This document shows, piece after piece, positions 41,762 through 54,195 of a DNA stretch of 64,000 nt. The DNA comes from Escherichia coli (GTDB taxonomy: Bacteria > Pseudomonadota > Gammaproteobacteria > Enterobacterales > Enterobacteriaceae). Every line of letters begins with the position of its first letter. Positions within the stretch are counted from its first letter, which is position 1. The position numbers were made by a program, and so were the translations under genes. The stretch lies in NCBI RefSeq assembly GCF_050920415.1, contig NZ_CP169309.1; one strand, written 5' to 3'. Under the pieces are notes generated by a model, which was given only the letters and a program-made list of their open reading frames with translations, made no database searches and was not told the origin of the DNA.

Positions 41762-42304
41762 TTATTCGTATCTCATAATAAAAGTCGCGTCAGCATTTGC
41801 TTGCCCTGCTGATGCACTTGTACCGGTGCCTTTATAACGCGCAGAAAAATGAAGAACGTTGGTCCCGGGGATCAAGTTCTGGTTGGTTGAGAAGCTATTC
41901 CCATCAGGTTTGAGAATTGCGGATGTATTATCAAGTATTTCAATACCGACACCCGTTGCTGTTGTTGTATTGGTACTGGATGCAATGGCCAATAAATTAT
42001 CATTGATTGCATCCGCCTGACCAGAAAATGCAACGGCAGCATTAGCGGCAACAACAGGATCGCAGTCGTTCAACTGTATAGTGAATGGAATTAATGCAGA
42101 GGTATTACCAACAGCATTGAAAATATCGGTACGATATTGACCGAGTGTGACAACCTGGTCTGCCGAGTCAGTATTCACTGAACAGGCAGCATTCACCAGT
42201 TCGCCTTCAAAGTGAATTGTACCGCCATCTACAACGGCAGCATAACTACCCGTAGCGGCGAATAGTGCGGCAGCCAGCGCAGACGAAATAAATCTTAATT
42301 TCAT
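41762..42304 (-). CDS. sfmA: fimbrial major subunit SfmA
   Basis: Track ORF 41762-42337; start at ATG 42302-42304 gives 180 aa [43 protein letters not shown]... Confidence 0.9.
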   Translation of the reverse strand: MKLRFISSALAAALFAATGSYAAVVDGGTIHFEGELVNAACSVNTDSADQVVTLGQYRTDIFNAVGNTSALIPFTIQLNDCDPVVAANAAVAFSGQADAINDNLLAIASSTNTTTATGVGIEILDNTSAILKPDGNSFSTNQNLIPGTNVLHFSARYKGTGTSASAGQANADATFIMRYE

Positions 42305-42775
42305 ATATATTCCTTCAATCTCATTTATCGACTCCACATCCGTATATAACCGATTACTTTATTTAAGACACTGATAGTAGTAAAATTCCTTTTTATCCTC
42401 TAAGAATGTCTTAATTGAAAATATGCACTCTATTCTAAAAAATAGAGAGCCCCGTTAGATGAATATTTCCGCGCAAAATATATTCAACACAAATATAGAC
42501 CTGAAGCGGTAAATTACCAGGCTGAAAATTCTTTTTATATTGTCAGGTATTTCTTAAATTATCTTAATCCTTAGACAAGGAAATAAATCAGTTCCAGATT
42601 TACAACGTCATCATGGACGAAAAATGAAGCTTTCAATCTCAGCGACGGTGCGCCTCACCTTCGCAAGAGGTCGCTTCACGCGATAAATCTGAAACGAAAC
42701 CTGACAGCGCGCCCCGCTTCTGACAAAATAGGCGCATCCCCTTCGACCTACGTAACAGATGGAATCCTCTCTCTG

Positions 42776-43642
42776 ATGGCAGCAAAGATTATTGACGGTA
42801 AAACGATTGCGCAGCAGGTGCGCTCTGAAGTTGCTCAAAAAGTTCAGGCACGTATTGCAGCTGGACTGCGGGCACCAGGACTGGCCGTAGTACTGGTGGG
42901 TAGCAACCCTGCATCGCAAATTTATGTCGCAAGCAAACGCAAAGCTTGTGAAGAAGTCGGGTTCGTCTCCCGTTCTTATGACCTCCCGGAAACCACCAGC
43001 GAAGCGGAGCTGCTGGAGCTTATCGATGCGCTGAATGCCGACAACACCATTGATGGCATTCTGGTCCAACTGCCGTTACCGGCGGGTATTGATAACGTCA
43101 AAGTGCTGGAACGAATTCACCCGGACAAAGACGTTGACGGTTTCCATCCTTATAACGTCGGTCGTCTATGCCAGCGCGCGCCGCGTCTACGTCCTTGCAC
43201 CCCGCGTGGTATCGTCACACTGCTTGAGCGATACAACATTGATACCTTCGGTCTTAACGCCGTGGTGATTGGCGCATCGAATATCGTCGGTCGCCCAATG
43301 AGCATGGAACTGCTGCTCGCAGGTTGCACCACCACCGTGACTCACCGCTTCACTAAAAATCTGCGTCATCACGTAGAAAATGCCGATCTACTGATCGTTG
43401 CCGTCGGTAAACCGGGCTTTATTCCTGGTGACTGGATCAAAGAAGGCGCGATTGTGATTGATGTTGGCATCAACCGTCTGGAAAATGGCAAAGTTGTGGG
43501 CGACGTGGTGTTTGAAGACGCGGCTAAACGCGCCTCATACATTACGCCTGTTCCGGGCGGCGTTGGCCCGATGACGGTTGCCACGCTGATCGAAAACACG
43601 CTACAGGCGTGCGTTGAATATCATGATCCACAGGGTGAGTAA
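42776..43642 (+). CDS. folD: bifunctional methylenetetrahydrofolate dehydrogenase/cyclohydrolase
   Basis: Track ORF 288 aa [51 protein letters not shown]... Confidence 0.95.
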
Positions 43643-43643
43643 C

Positions 43644-43856
43644 ATGGCGACATTTTCTTTAGGTAAACATCCGCACGTTGAGCTGTGCGACTTGCTGAAA
43701 CTGGAAGGCTGGAGCGAAAGCGGTGCGCAGGCGAAAATCGCGATTGCCGAAGGCCAGGTGAAAGTCGACGGCGCGGTTGAAACGCGCAAACGCTGCAAAA
43801 TCGTCGCCGGTCAGACAGTGAGTTTTGCAGGTCACAGCGTACAGGTTGTTGCCTGA
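43644..43856 (+). CDS. ybcJ: S4-like RNA-binding protein YbcJ
   Basis: Track ORF 43614-43856; start at ATG 43644 gives 70 aa MATFSLGKHPHVELCDLLKLEGWSESGAQAKIAIAEGQVKVDGAVETRKRCKIV... Confidence 0.85.
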   Translation: MATFSLGKHPHVELCDLLKLEGWSESGAQAKIAIAEGQVKVDGAVETRKRCKIVAGQTVSFAGHSVQVVA

Positions 43857-43863
43857 TCCCTTT

Positions 43864-43895
43864 CCCGGCCTGTATCAACAGGCCGGTTCTCTTTT
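43864..43895 (+). terminator. putative rho-independent terminator after folD-ybcJ
   Basis: CCCGGCCTGTATCAACAGGCCGG followed by TTCTCTTTT. Confidence 0.55.
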
Positions 43896-43963
43896 CAGAC
43901 TTTTGCCCTCTACGCCCCGTTCATCCATGCTGATAGCATCGACATTTTGCCGAAGCGACCATC

Positions 43964-44485
43964 ATGCCAACCGTTATTACGCACGCCGCCGTTCCCCTTT
44001 GCATTGGTTTAGGGTTGGGTTCGAAAGTCATCCCTCCGCGCCTGTTATTTGCCGGAATCATCCTGGCGATGCTGCCCGATGCTGATGTATTGACATTTAA
44101 ATTTGGCGTTGCTTACGGCAATGTTTTTGGTCATCGCGGGTTCACCCATTCGCTGGTGTTTGCGTTTGTTGTCCCGCTGTTATGTGTGCTGATTGGACGT
44201 CGATGGTTCAGGGCTGGGCTGATTCGCTGCTGGCTGTTTTTAACCGTTTCGTTGCTATCGCACAGCTTGCTGGATTCGGTAACCACTGGCGGTAAAGGCG
44301 TTGGCTGGCTGTGGCCGTGGTCAGATGAACGCTTTTTCGCTCCCTGGCAGGTGATTAAAGTCGCGCCGTTTGCATTGTCTCGTTACACCACGCCGTACGG
44401 GCATCAGGTGATTATTTCTGAATTGATGTGGGTGTGGTTGCCGGGGATGCTACTGATGGGAATGTTGTGGTGGCGCAGACGATAA
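43964..44485 (+). CDS. ybcI: inner membrane protein YbcI (membrane-bound metal-dependent hydrolase family)
   Basis: Track ORF 173 aa MPTVITHAAVPLCIGLGLGSKVIPPRLLFAGIILAMLPDADVL... Confidence 0.85.
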   Translation: MPTVITHAAVPLCIGLGLGSKVIPPRLLFAGIILAMLPDADVLTFKFGVAYGNVFGHRGFTHSLVFAFVVPLLCVLIGRRWFRAGLIRCWLFLTVSLLSHSLLDSVTTGGKGVGWLWPWSDERFFAPWQVIKVAPFALSRYTTPYGHQVIISELMWVWLPGMLLMGMLWWRRR

Positions 44486-44520
44486 CCGGATGCGAAAACT
44501 CGCATCCGGCAATAGCGCAA

Positions 44521-45906
44521 TTACTTACGACGCCAGGTGGTCCCTTGCGGGCCATCTTCCAGCACGATCCCCATCTCGTTAAGACGGTCACGCGCCGCAT
44601 CTGCCGCCGCCCAGTCTTTCGCTTTACGGGCATCCAGACGCTGTTGAATTAAGGCTTCAATCTCAGCCACTTCGCTGTCGTCTGCCTGCGCGCCGCTTTG
44701 CAGGAACGCTTCCGGTTCTTGCTCCAGCAGGCCCAGCACGGCTGAAAGTTTACGCAGATGAGACGCCATCGCGTTTGCCGCTGCCATATCTTCTGCTTTC
44801 AGACGGTTCACTTCACGCGCCATATCAAACAGCACGGAATAGGCTTCCGGGGTGTTGAAATCGTCGTCCATCGCTTCAATAAAGCGCGCTTCAAACGCTT
44901 CGCCACCGGCAGGCGCAACGGTTTTATCTGTGCCGCGCAGCGCAGTGTAGAGGCGCTCCAGCGCCGCACGCGCCTGCTTCAGATTCTCTTCGCTGTAGTT
45001 CAGCTGGCTGCGATAGTGGCCCGACATCAGGAAGTAACGCACGGTTTCCGCGTCGTAGTATTTCAGCACATCACGCACGGTAAAGAAGTTACCCAGCGAT
45101 TTGGACATCTTCTCTCGGTCAACCATTACCATCCCCGAGTGCATCCAGTAGTTCACATACTGACCATCATGGGCACAGGTGGACTGCGCGATTTCGTTCT
45201 CGTGGTGCGGGAACATCAGGTCTGAACCACCGCCGTGGATATCAAAGTGGTTACCCAACTGCTTGCAGTTCATTGCCGAACATTCAATGTGCCAGCCTGG
45301 ACGGCCTGCGCCCCACGGAGACGGCCAGCTCGGTTCGCCCTCTTTCGACATCTTCCACAGAACGAAGTCCATCGGGTTGCGTTTGTCGTCGACCACGTCA
45401 ACGCGCGCGCCTGCCTGCAGCTGGTCGAGATCCTGACGCGACAGCACGCCATAAGTTGGATCGGTCGGTACGTCGAACATCACGTCGCCGTTGTCCGCCA
45501 CATAAGCGTGACCTTTGGCGATCAGTTGTTCAGTGAGTTCAATGATTTCTGCGATATGGTGCGTCGCGCGCGGCTCCATATCCGGGCGCAGAATGTTCAA
45601 AGCATCAAAATCTTTGTGCATTTCGGCGATCATGCGATCCACCAGCGCTACAAAGCTTTCGCCATTTTCATTGGCACGCTTGATGATTTTGTCGTCGATA
45701 TCGGTAATGTTGCGCACATACTTCAGCTTATAGCCGAGGAAACGCAAATAGCGTGCAACCACGTCAAAGGCAACAAAGGTACGCCCGTGACCGATATGAC
45801 AGAGATCGTAAACGGTGATTCCACACACGTACATGCCGACTTCCCCGGCGTGAATAGGCTTAAATTCCTCTTTTTGGCGTGTCAGAGTATTGAAGATTTT
45901 TAGCAT
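44521..45906 (-). CDS. cysS: cysteine--tRNA ligase
   Basis: Track ORF 461 aa [48 protein letters not shown]...KMSKSLGN; class I HIGH and KMSKS motifs. Confidence 0.95.
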
Positions 45907-46079
45907 CGAAGATTCCGTTTAGACATGTGTGGGTAATTGAGTTGCGTATAATACCCATATTTCCCGCGCGAATCAGCATACATTGCGTGATGATCCGATC
46001 GTGCGGTTATGCTATAACACCACCCTATATATGACCCGAATCGGGTTGAAGCACCAATCAAACGGAACAGGATGCAAAA

Positions 46080-46574
46080 ATGGTTACTTTCCACACCAAT
46101 CACGGCGATATTGTCATCAAGACTTTTGACGATAAAGCACCTGAAACAGTTAAAAACTTCCTGAACTACTGCCGCGAAGGTTTTTACAACAACACTATTT
46201 TCCACCGTGTTATCAATGGTTTCATGATTCAGGGCGGCGGTTTTGAACCGGGCATGAAACAAAAAGCCACCAAAGAACCGATCAAAAACGAAGCCAACAA
46301 CGGTCTGAAAAATACCCGTGGTACGCTGGCAATGGCCCGTACTCAGGCACCGCACTCTGCAACTGCACAGTTCTTCATCAACGTGGTTGATAACGACTTC
46401 CTGAACTTCTCTGGCGAAAGCCTGCAAGGTTGGGGTTACTGCGTGTTTGCTGAAGTGGTTGAAGGCATGGACGTGGTAGACAAAATCAAAGGTGTAGCAA
46501 CCGGTCGTAGCGGTATGCACCAGGACGTGCCAAAAGAAGACGTTATCATTGAAAGCGTGACCGTTAGCGAGTAA
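46080..46574 (+). CDS. ppiB: peptidyl-prolyl cis-trans isomerase B (cyclophilin)
   Basis: Track ORF 164 aa [54 protein letters not shown]... Confidence 0.95.
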   Translation: MVTFHTNHGDIVIKTFDDKAPETVKNFLNYCREGFYNNTIFHRVINGFMIQGGGFEPGMKQKATKEPIKNEANNGLKNTRGTLAMARTQAPHSATAQFFINVVDNDFLNFSGESLQGWGYCVFAEVVEGMDVVDKIKGVATGRSGMHQDVPKEDVIIESVTVSE

Positions 46575-46576
46575 TC

Positions 46577-47299
46577 GTGGCGACACTCTTTATTGCAGAT
46601 CTTCATCTCTGCGTGGAAGAACCGGCGATCACCGCCGGTTTTCTGCGTTTTTTAGCGGGGGAAGCCCGCAAGGCCGACGCGCTGTATATTCTTGGCGATC
46701 TGTTTGAAGCATGGATTGGCGATGACGATCCCAACCCACTCCATCGCCAGATGGCCGCAGCGATCAAAGCGGTATCCGATTCCGGCGTTCCCTGTTATTT
46801 CATTCATGGCAACCGTGATTTTCTGCTCGGCAAACGCTTTGCCCGTGAAAGCGGGATGACGTTATTGCCGGAAGAAAAAGTGCTCGAACTTTATGGCCGT
46901 CGGGTGCTGATTATGCATGGCGACACGCTGTGCACCGATGACATCGGTTATCAGGCTTTTCGCGCCAAAGTCCACAAGCCGTGGCTGCAAACGCTATTCC
47001 TCGCCCTGCCGTTGTTTGTGCGCAAACGCATTGCCGCGCGAATGCGAGCGAACAGCAAAGAAGCCAACAGCAGTAAATCGCTGGCGATCATGGACGTTAA
47101 CCAAAACGCGGTGGTCAGTGCGATGGAAAAGCATCAGGTGCAATGGTTGATTCACGGGCATACGCATCGCCCGGCGGTGCATGAACTGATCGCCAATCAG
47201 CAACCTGCTTTTCGTGTCGTGTTGGGTGCCTGGCATACGGAAGGTTCGATGGTGAAAGTCACGGCAGATGACGTTGAGTTGATCCATTTTCCATTTTAA
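46577..47299 (+). CDS. lpxH: UDP-2,3-diacylglucosamine diphosphatase
   Basis: Track ORF 240 aa, GTG start, [50 protein letters not shown]... Confidence 0.95.
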   Translation: MATLFIADLHLCVEEPAITAGFLRFLAGEARKADALYILGDLFEAWIGDDDPNPLHRQMAAAIKAVSDSGVPCYFIHGNRDFLLGKRFARESGMTLLPEEKVLELYGRRVLIMHGDTLCTDDIGYQAFRAKVHKPWLQTLFLALPLFVRKRIAARMRANSKEANSSKSLAIMDVNQNAVVSAMEKHQVQWLIHGHTHRPAVHELIANQQPAFRVVLGAWHTEGSMVKVTADDVELIHFPF

Positions 47300-47328
47300 A
47301 AAACGCGCAACTTTGCTGATTTCATAGC

Positions 47329-47346
47329 CGCGCAACCGTTTTCCTT
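47329..47346 (+). promoter_or_regulatory. putative PurR operator (PUR box) upstream of purEK
   Basis: CGCGCAACCGTTTTCCTT resembles the PurR box consensus ACGCAAACGTTTTCNT; ~70 nt upstream of purE. Confidence 0.45.
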
Positions 47347-47416
47347 GCTCTCTTTCCGTGCTATTCTCTGTGCCCTCTAAAGCCGAGAGTTGTGCACCAC
47401 AGGAGTTTTAAGACGC

Positions 47417-47926
47417 ATGTCTTCCCGCAATAATCCGGCGCGTGTCGCCATCGTGATGGGGTCCAAAAGCGACTGGGCTACCATGCAGTTCGCCGCCGAA
47501 ATCTTCGAAATCCTGAATGTCCCGCACCACGTTGAAGTGGTTTCTGCTCACCGCACCCCCGATAAACTGTTCAGCTTCGCCGAAAGTGCCGAAGAGAACG
47601 GTTATCAGGTAATTATTGCGGGCGCAGGCGGCGCAGCGCACCTGCCGGGCATGATTGCCGCCAAAACGCTGGTGCCAGTGCTGGGTGTGCCAGTACAGAG
47701 CGCCGCACTGAGCGGTGTCGATAGCCTCTACTCCATCGTACAAATGCCGCGCGGCATTCCGGTGGGTACGCTGGCGATTGGTAAAGCTGGCGCGGCAAAC
47801 GCGGCGTTACTGGCAGCACAAATTCTTGCGACTCATGATAAAGAACTGCACCAGCGTTTGAATGACTGGCGCAAAGCACAAACTGATGAAGTGCTGGAAA
47901 ACCCGGACCCGCGAGGTGCGGCATGA
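47417..47926 (+). CDS. purE: N5-carboxyaminoimidazole ribonucleotide mutase
   Basis: Track ORF 47390-47926; start at ATG 47417 gives 169 aa [49 protein letters not shown]... Confidence 0.95.
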   Translation: MSSRNNPARVAIVMGSKSDWATMQFAAEIFEILNVPHHVEVVSAHRTPDKLFSFAESAEENGYQVIIAGAGGAAHLPGMIAAKTLVPVLGVPVQSAALSGVDSLYSIVQMPRGIPVGTLAIGKAGAANAALLAAQILATHDKELHQRLNDWRKAQTDEVLENPDPRGAA

Positions 47927-48990
47927 AACAGGTTTGCGTCCTCGGTAACGGGCAGTTAGGCCGTATGTTGCGCCAGGCAGGCGAACCGTTAGGCATTGCT
48001 GTCTGGCCGGTCGGGCTGGACGCTGAACCGGCGGCGGTGCCCTTTCAACAAAGCGTGATTACCGCTGAGATCGAACGCTGGCCGGAAACCGCATTAACGC
48101 GCGAGCTGGCACGCCATCCGGCCTTTGTGAACCGCGATGTGTTCCCGATTATTGCCGACCGTCTGACTCAGAAGCAGCTTTTCGACAAGCTTCACCTGCC
48201 GACTGCACCGTGGCAGTTACTTGCCGATCGCAGTGAGTGGCCTGCGGTGTTTGATCGTTTAGGTGAACTGGCGATTGTTAAGCGTCGTATTGGTGGCTAT
48301 GACGGTCGCGGTCAATGGCGTTTACGCGCCGATGAAACCGCACAGTTACCAACTGAATGCTACGGCGAATGTATTGTCGAGCAGGGCATTAACTTCTCTG
48401 GCGAAGTATCGCTGGTTGGCGCGCGCGGCTTTGATGGCAGCACTGTGTTTTATCCGCTGACGCATAACCTGCATCAGGACGGTATTTTGCGCACCAGCGT
48501 CGCTTTCCCGCAGGCCAACGCACAGCAGCAGGCGCAGGCCGAAGAGATGCTGTCGGCGATTATGCAGGAGCTGGGCTATGTGGGCGTGATGGCGATGGAG
48601 TGTTTTGTCACGCCGCAAGGTCTGCTGATCAACGAACTGGCTCCGCGTGTGCATAACAGCGGTCACTGGACACAAAACGGTGCCAGCATCAGCCAGTTTG
48701 AGCTGCATCTGCGGGCGATTACCGATCTGCCGTTACCGCAACCGGTAGTGAATAGTCCGTCGGTGATGATCAACCTGATTGGTAGCGATGTGAATTATGA
48801 CTGGCTGAAACTGCCGCTGGTGCATCTGCACTGGTACGACAAAGAAGTGCGTCCGGGCCGTAAGGTGGGGCATCTGAATTTGACCGACAGCGACACATCG
48901 CGTCTGACCGCAACGCTGGAAGCCTTAATCCCGCTGCTGCCGCCAGAGTATGCCAGCGGCGTGATGTGGGCGCAGAGTAAGTTCAGTTAA
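47923..48990 (+). CDS. purK: N5-carboxyaminoimidazole ribonucleotide synthase
   Basis: Track ORF 355 aa [49 protein letters not shown]... Confidence 0.95.
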   Translation: MKQVCVLGNGQLGRMLRQAGEPLGIAVWPVGLDAEPAAVPFQQSVITAEIERWPETALTRELARHPAFVNRDVFPIIADRLTQKQLFDKLHLPTAPWQLLADRSEWPAVFDRLGELAIVKRRIGGYDGRGQWRLRADETAQLPTECYGECIVEQGINFSGEVSLVGARGFDGSTVFYPLTHNLHQDGILRTSVAFPQANAQQQAQAEEMLSAIMQELGYVGVMAMECFVTPQGLLINELAPRVHNSGHWTQNGASISQFELHLRAITDLPLPQPVVNSPSVMINLIGSDVNYDWLKLPLVHLHWYDKEVRPGRKVGHLNLTDSDTSRLTATLEALIPLLPPEYASGVMWAQSKFS

Positions 48991-49007
48991 CCTGGTGCTC
49001 AAATTCT

Positions 49008-49205
49008 TGCCGGATGCAGCGTGAACACCTTATCCGACCTACTAATCCGGTACCCATTGTAGGCCTGATAAGACGCGTCAAGCGTCGCATCAGGCATGGT
49101 GCGCCGATTACCGGATGCGGCGTGAACGCCTTATCCGACTACCAATCCGGTACCCATTGTAGGCCTGATAAGACGCGTCAAGCGTCGCATCAGGCATGGT
49201 GCGCC
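49008..49205. repeat. REP/BIME element: two tandem ~95-bp units of paired REP palindromes
   Basis: GCCGGATGCAGCGTGAACACCTTATCCGACCTAC...TGTAGGCCTGATAAGACGCGTCAAGCGTCGCATCAGGCA repeated twice with few mismatches, between convergent purK and ybcF. Confidence 0.75.
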
Positions 49206-49223
49206 ATATGCTGGATGCTCCCA

Positions 49224-50120
49224 TCACGACAGCGAAATACAGGTCCCCGCTTCGCCCGCCAGCGTCTCTTCAATCCGCGATAAAGCCCCAATCCACGCAG
49301 GTTTACCACGGCTTCTGACATAGCCACTCACCGCCGTTACCTTCGGCCCCATCGCCCCATCGGCTTTGGCAAATGGCGCTAACTCATCCGGTGTGGCATG
49401 GCGAATGGCGCGTTGCTGCGGCGTTCCCCAGTTTTCATAAACCGCGTCAGCATCGGTGAGGATCACCAGTCCATCGGCATTAATCTGCTCGGCAAGCAAC
49501 GCCGCGGCGAGATCTTTATCAATCACCGCTTCACTCCCTGCTCCGTCATCCGTCACCGGAACACCGCCGCCGCCACTGCAAATCACCACATGCCCCTCTT
49601 TGAGCAACAACTCGATGGCTTCGCTGTCGAGAATTTTACGAGGCTGGGGAGATGCCACCACCCGGCGTAAATATTTGCCATCACGCTTCATTTTCCAGCC
49701 GTAAGCCGTTTCCAGTGCCTCTTGTTCTTCTGGCTGATAAACCGGGCCGATAAACTTCTCTGGCTGCAAAAACGCCGGATCATCAGACGAAACTTCAATG
49801 CGTGTCAGCACCGTCGTCACAGGCGGCATCTGCGGCTGTGCGCTCAAACTCTGCGCCAGCATATAGCCAATCATCCCCTGACTTTCCGCCACCAGCACAT
49901 CCAGTGGATACGGTTCGACCTCTTTCCACGCCAGATTCTGTAACGCCAACAACCCCACCTGCGGCCCGTTGCCGTGAACAATCGCCAGCCGATAAGCACG
50001 CGCCAGGCGCGCCAGCGCGGGAACAGCACTGGCAATATTGCGATATTGATTTTCTGCCGTCAGCGCCTCACCGCGCTGGAGTAAGGCATTGCCCCCAAGA
50101 GCTACAACCAGTGTTTTCAT
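49224..50120 (-). CDS. ybcF: carbamate kinase-like protein
   Basis: Track ORF 298 aa [56 protein letters not shown]... Confidence 0.9.
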   Translation of the reverse strand: MKTLVVALGGNALLQRGEALTAENQYRNIASAVPALARLARAYRLAIVHGNGPQVGLLALQNLAWKEVEPYPLDVLVAESQGMIGYMLAQSLSAQPQMPPVTTVLTRIEVSSDDPAFLQPEKFIGPVYQPEEQEALETAYGWKMKRDGKYLRRVVASPQPRKILDSEAIELLLKEGHVVICSGGGGVPVTDDGAGSEAVIDKDLAAALLAEQINADGLVILTDADAVYENWGTPQQRAIRHATPDELAPFAKADGAMGPKVTAVSGYVRSRGKPAWIGALSRIEETLAGEAGTCISLS

Positions 50121-50932
50121 GGTGTTCCTTGTAATAATTGTTGACCAAGCCAGAACCCCAGCAGCGTATCAGCCCCTGACGTATGCCCCAGCGCCAGCAG
50201 CGAATCAATCGCAACAGCGGTACGTTTCGGGCAACTCAGAGCATGAACAAAGTGCAGGAGTGGCGAGGCGAAGTATCCTTGCGCGGCATAACGTAAATAA
50301 TTAACGCTCACCGCTGTGGTAACGAGTTGAAGATTGTCGGAACAGGCAAAAAACGGGCGACCGGAGCGCGCATCTAAAGCGCCATAATACCAGGCTGCCA
50401 GCAGCATTCCCGTTAGCGTGTCATCATGACTCGGCGTTAATCCCGGCCCTTTACCCAGCCAGTGCCGCCAGTCGGTCTTAACGCCATTGAGCGCGGCCTG
50501 AAAACAGTGACGAAACTGGCGTAATTCAGCGGGAAGCGGATCGCCTGCCGCCAACGCCAGCGGCCCGAAAAGCCCGGTTTCCTCCGCGCGTTGCATCCAT
50601 GCCGCTGCAAGTGGTTGAGGATGCGCAGGCGGCGTAATACGCAGCAAACAATAACGCTGTGGCTGTTTAACCGTGAAACGCCCGAGGCGAATCCCTTGAG
50701 CCATAACCTGTGGTCGTTCATTGCCGCATAATCCACCGCATAACGCATCGAATTGCGCGCGGCGAAGCACCCATCCTCCGGGACCGAAACCACTTCCCTG
50801 ACGATGCAGCGTTAACAATTCACCGCTTTCCGTCATCAGGTTAATCGCCCGCCGCCACACGCCCGCTAACCGCCAGGACTGGCGATAATTCGGTGCACTA
50901 CGGCTGGCAAGCAGAGGATGGATGATCGTCAT
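50117..50932 (-). CDS. ylbF: YlbF protein (uncharacterised, allantoin-cluster associated)
   Basis: Track ORF 50117-51025 overlaps ylbE; start chosen at internal Met [32 protein letters not shown]... (271 aa), leaving a 10-nt gap to ylbE. Confidence 0.8.
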   Translation of the reverse strand: MTIIHPLLASRSAPNYRQSWRLAGVWRRAINLMTESGELLTLHRQGSGFGPGGWVLRRAQFDALCGGLCGNERPQVMAQGIRLGRFTVKQPQRYCLLRITPPAHPQPLAAAWMQRAEETGLFGPLALAAGDPLPAELRQFRHCFQAALNGVKTDWRHWLGKGPGLTPSHDDTLTGMLLAAWYYGALDARSGRPFFACSDNLQLVTTAVSVNYLRYAAQGYFASPLLHFVHALSCPKRTAVAIDSLLALGHTSGADTLLGFWLGQQLLQGTP

Positions 50933-50942
50933 TGCGCGTTCC

Positions 50943-52202
50943 TCAACCAATCCCCATGCTTTCAGCCAGAGCTTCCAGCGCCTGTTCAAAGCACGCCAGC
51001 GGTGCCCGCACAGTGCCTGCACCAATCTGCCCGATCCCCGCCTCTTTATGGGCGATACCCGTATTGATGAGTGGTGTAATGCCGGTTTCTACCACGCGAC
51101 GAATATCCAGCCCCAGGCACGCGCCCTGGAAATCCCAGCCAGGGATCTGCAACTGCATATTGCGCTCAAGGAAGATTTCTGCCATCTCTTCAGATACCGC
51201 TCTGGCTGCTTCCATGCCACCCGCACCGACAAAGCGCGTTACGCCAGGCGCTGCGATCATCGCGGCACCACCGATACCAAAGGTTTCGGTAATCGCGCTA
51301 TCGCCCATATCCGGGTTCGCCTGCTCCTGCGAGAAGCCGGTGAAAAACAGACCTTGCGGAGTGTTAACTGGCGCAGTAAACCAGCGCTCGCCCAGCCCGC
51401 TGACCCGAATCCCGAACATATTGCCGTTGCGGGTCATAGCCGTGACGATGCTGCCCGCGCGGATCATCGCGCCTGCATCCATCGCCGCCTTGCAATAGGC
51501 CATCGCGAGGTTGAGGAAGAACTGATCGGTCACGCTGAGGAAATCCATCACTTCCGCGATGTGCTGTTTATCGTGATTGAGGCGAGCAATTTGTGGGGCC
51601 AGCGCACGCATTAACAGTGCTGAGGAAGCAATATTGCGCTGATGGAATTCATCGCCCATCGTAATGCCCTGCGCCATCATCGCGGTGAGATCGATACCGC
51701 GCTCCATGCGCCCCAGCGCCGCGCTTAATACCGGCATTAACACATCACGCATCCAGCGATGGCGAGTCAGGACATCTTCGCCGTAAGCGCCAAAACGCAT
51801 CACTTTACCGATACCTTCATTGAGGTTGCAGTACGCCCGGTTACCGTCGGTCACGTTCTCGACCACCAGCATCGGCATACTGGCAGAAGTAATTCCGCCC
51901 ATTGGCCCGACGGCATTCACATGGTGACAAGGAATGAAGTTCACTTCCCCCTGCTCCAGCATCGCCAGTGCCTGCGCTTCATCTTTCGCCCAGCCTTCAA
52001 ACAGACACGCACCCACGCACGCCCCTTTCATGGGGCCGGTCATCTCCTGCCAGCGCATCGGCGGCCCGGCGTGAAGCAGTGTTTTACCCTGATTTAATTC
52101 ATTAATGAGTGAAGACGCCGGTTGCACATCCAGCCAGTGTGGACGAGCGCGACGAATTTGTTCGATAACCGCAGCATTGGCTTGCGCCACTGATGTAAAC
52201 AT
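50943..52202 (-). CDS. ylbE: YlbE protein (DUF1116 family), uninterrupted here
   Basis: Track ORF 419 aa [51 protein letters not shown]... Confidence 0.85.
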   Translation of the reverse strand: MFTSVAQANAAVIEQIRRARPHWLDVQPASSLINELNQGKTLLHAGPPMRWQEMTGPMKGACVGACLFEGWAKDEAQALAMLEQGEVNFIPCHHVNAVGPMGGITSASMPMLVVENVTDGNRAYCNLNEGIGKVMRFGAYGEDVLTRHRWMRDVLMPVLSAALGRMERGIDLTAMMAQGITMGDEFHQRNIASSALLMRALAPQIARLNHDKQHIAEVMDFLSVTDQFFLNLAMAYCKAAMDAGAMIRAGSIVTAMTRNGNMFGIRVSGLGERWFTAPVNTPQGLFFTGFSQEQANPDMGDSAITETFGIGGAAMIAAPGVTRFVGAGGMEAARAVSEEMAEIFLERNMQLQIPGWDFQGACLGLDIRRVVETGITPLINTGIAHKEAGIGQIGAGTVRAPLACFEQALEALAESMGIG

Positions 52203-52211
52203 GGGAACCCC

Positions 52212-53879
52212 TTATTGCAAACATTCTAATAAACGAGCCAGTTTTTTATTGCCGCCAGCGACTGGTGACCATTGGTAATGCACAACCGGTTTGCTGGCGC
52301 TTTGTAGTTCCAGCGCAAAGCTGCGTAATCCGATGTTAATCACGGCGACGTTTTCCAGTAATGACGGTGTGTGTGGCTGTGTGGCAGGCGAGAGCGGATG
52401 AATTAACGCCGCCGCCAGCAAGGTGGCTTCCGGCAGCGAACTCACTACCGCGATCCCTGCATCTTCCAGCGTGGCGATTTGTTGCGAGCGGCATTGCGGG
52501 TCACGTTCAGTGCCTGTCACCGTGGCAATGGCATACAGTGGTTGATTGTCTGGACGCGCGGCACAGGCTTTTTGCCAGGCGCTTACCAGCGAGGCTGCAG
52601 GATCGGTGGTCGCACCGAAGCCAATCACCACATCAAGCAGCAATACGCGCACTTGCGGTTTAGCGCCGAGATCGGCAATTAACTGGTTGCGTAAGGTTGG
52701 GTCGATCATCGGATGGGGACGCCCGACGGTGTAAAAATCATCGCCGAGGTCAATAATCTGGTGACCATCGGCGTCGAGCATCATGCCGTGATGATGGGTA
52801 TCGTCGGCTACCACGCCAAGATGCGCGGCAAGTAATCCCGCCGCTTCGGCGGCTAACGTACCGCCGGTATACAAGCCGCAAATAAGTCCGCTGCTGACAG
52901 GTGCTATTGCGTTACGTCGCGCCGTAACGCGTGAAAGCAGGCAAGCCAGGCGTGCAGCCTCATCCAGCGAGGAGGCAAACCAGACATTCTCGTCGCGGGC
53001 CACCGCCGGGATATAACCTAAAAACAGCGCCACCGTTGGTTTGCCGGTTGCTTTCATGGCATTAACAATTTTCAGACGCACAGCTTCGGCAGGCGGTTTT
53101 GAAACAAACGCCAGCACTTCGCTTTTCTCATCTACACTGAGCATTTCCAGCGCCGTTAGCGCACTGATGCCGCCCACGTCACGGCTGAGGTCGCGCCCGC
53201 CAAGACCAATCGCGTGAGTAATTCCCTCACCTGCCAGTGCAATCTGCGAACACAGTTCCTGAATCCCGGTACCGGAAGCGCCAATGACGCCAATGTTGCC
53301 TTCCGGCATCACGTTAGCAAAAGCCAGCGGCGTGGCGGCAATCATCGATGTACCGCAGTCCGGCCCCATCACCAGCAAACCTTTTTCCCGCGCGTGGGTT
53401 TTAAGTTGGATTTCATCTTCCAGCGTGACGTTATCGGAGAACATCATCACGTTGAGGTTGCGATCCAGCGCCTGGTTCGCCAGTTCCGCCGCATACTCGC
53501 CAGCCACTGAAATCAGCGCCAGATTGGCATTGGGTAATTTCTGACAGGCACTGTCCCAGCGACGCACCAGCGTCAACGCCTGGCTGCTGCCCGTTCCCTG
53601 CGCCAGTTGCTTTAGCGCCTCTTCAAGCTGCTGCATAATCGCCTGCGCGATCCCCGCATCCGCCGCTTCGCTACGAATTGCCACGCAAATATCGTTCGGC
53701 GTGGCGTTATTAAAATCGTCATGCCAGAAACCTGTGGTATCTAATAACGCTTTATTGGCGGGCGTACCCATCATTACGGAAACATCATCAACATTTTCTG
53801 ATTCGCTGAGTTTTCGTGAAATAATCATTAAACTGACCGAATCCTGAAAACACCCTTTTTTAATAAAGGCGTGGATCAT
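52212..53879 (-). CDS. fdrA: FdrA (succinyl-CoA synthetase alpha-like CoA-binding protein)
   Basis: Track ORF 555 aa MIHAFIKKGCFQDSVSLMIISRKLSESENVDDVSVMMGTPANKALLDTTGF... Confidence 0.9.
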   Translation of the reverse strand: MIHAFIKKGCFQDSVSLMIISRKLSESENVDDVSVMMGTPANKALLDTTGFWHDDFNNATPNDICVAIRSEAADAGIAQAIMQQLEEALKQLAQGTGSSQALTLVRRWDSACQKLPNANLALISVAGEYAAELANQALDRNLNVMMFSDNVTLEDEIQLKTHAREKGLLVMGPDCGTSMIAATPLAFANVMPEGNIGVIGASGTGIQELCSQIALAGEGITHAIGLGGRDLSRDVGGISALTALEMLSVDEKSEVLAFVSKPPAEAVRLKIVNAMKATGKPTVALFLGYIPAVARDENVWFASSLDEAARLACLLSRVTARRNAIAPVSSGLICGLYTGGTLAAEAAGLLAAHLGVVADDTHHHGMMLDADGHQIIDLGDDFYTVGRPHPMIDPTLRNQLIADLGAKPQVRVLLLDVVIGFGATTDPAASLVSAWQKACAARPDNQPLYAIATVTGTERDPQCRSQQIATLEDAGIAVVSSLPEATLLAAALIHPLSPATQPHTPSLLENVAVINIGLRSFALELQSASKPVVHYQWSPVAGGNKKLARLLECLQ

Positions 53880-54195
53880 AACAACTCCTTAAAAATTGCA
53901 CCCATGGCAATTGCACGAGCAGTGTTAATGTGGCGATTACGGTATCGATGGATGGTGACAAATAAGGTGATGAATATCACACGGAGATTATTAGCAAAAG
54001 AATTCAAATAACCGCCAGACTATTACGCGTTATTTTTTAATAAGCATAGTTGTTTTAAAAACCAGGTTAAAAGCGAGCGGATTATCAAATAAATTCTAAC
54101 TATATTTTTTTGCCTGTCTGGATCACATAATCCAGATATTTTCCCTGTATGTTAATTGCAGTCATGCTTCACACCGTCGTTAAAAAGGAAGACAG

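Noticed and set aside
50933-51025. N-terminal extension of ylbF suggested by the track ORF (302 aa)
   Set aside because: The extension overlaps the 3' end of ylbE by 83 nt; the internal Met gives a 271-aa product with a 10-nt intergenic gap, which is the more plausible start.
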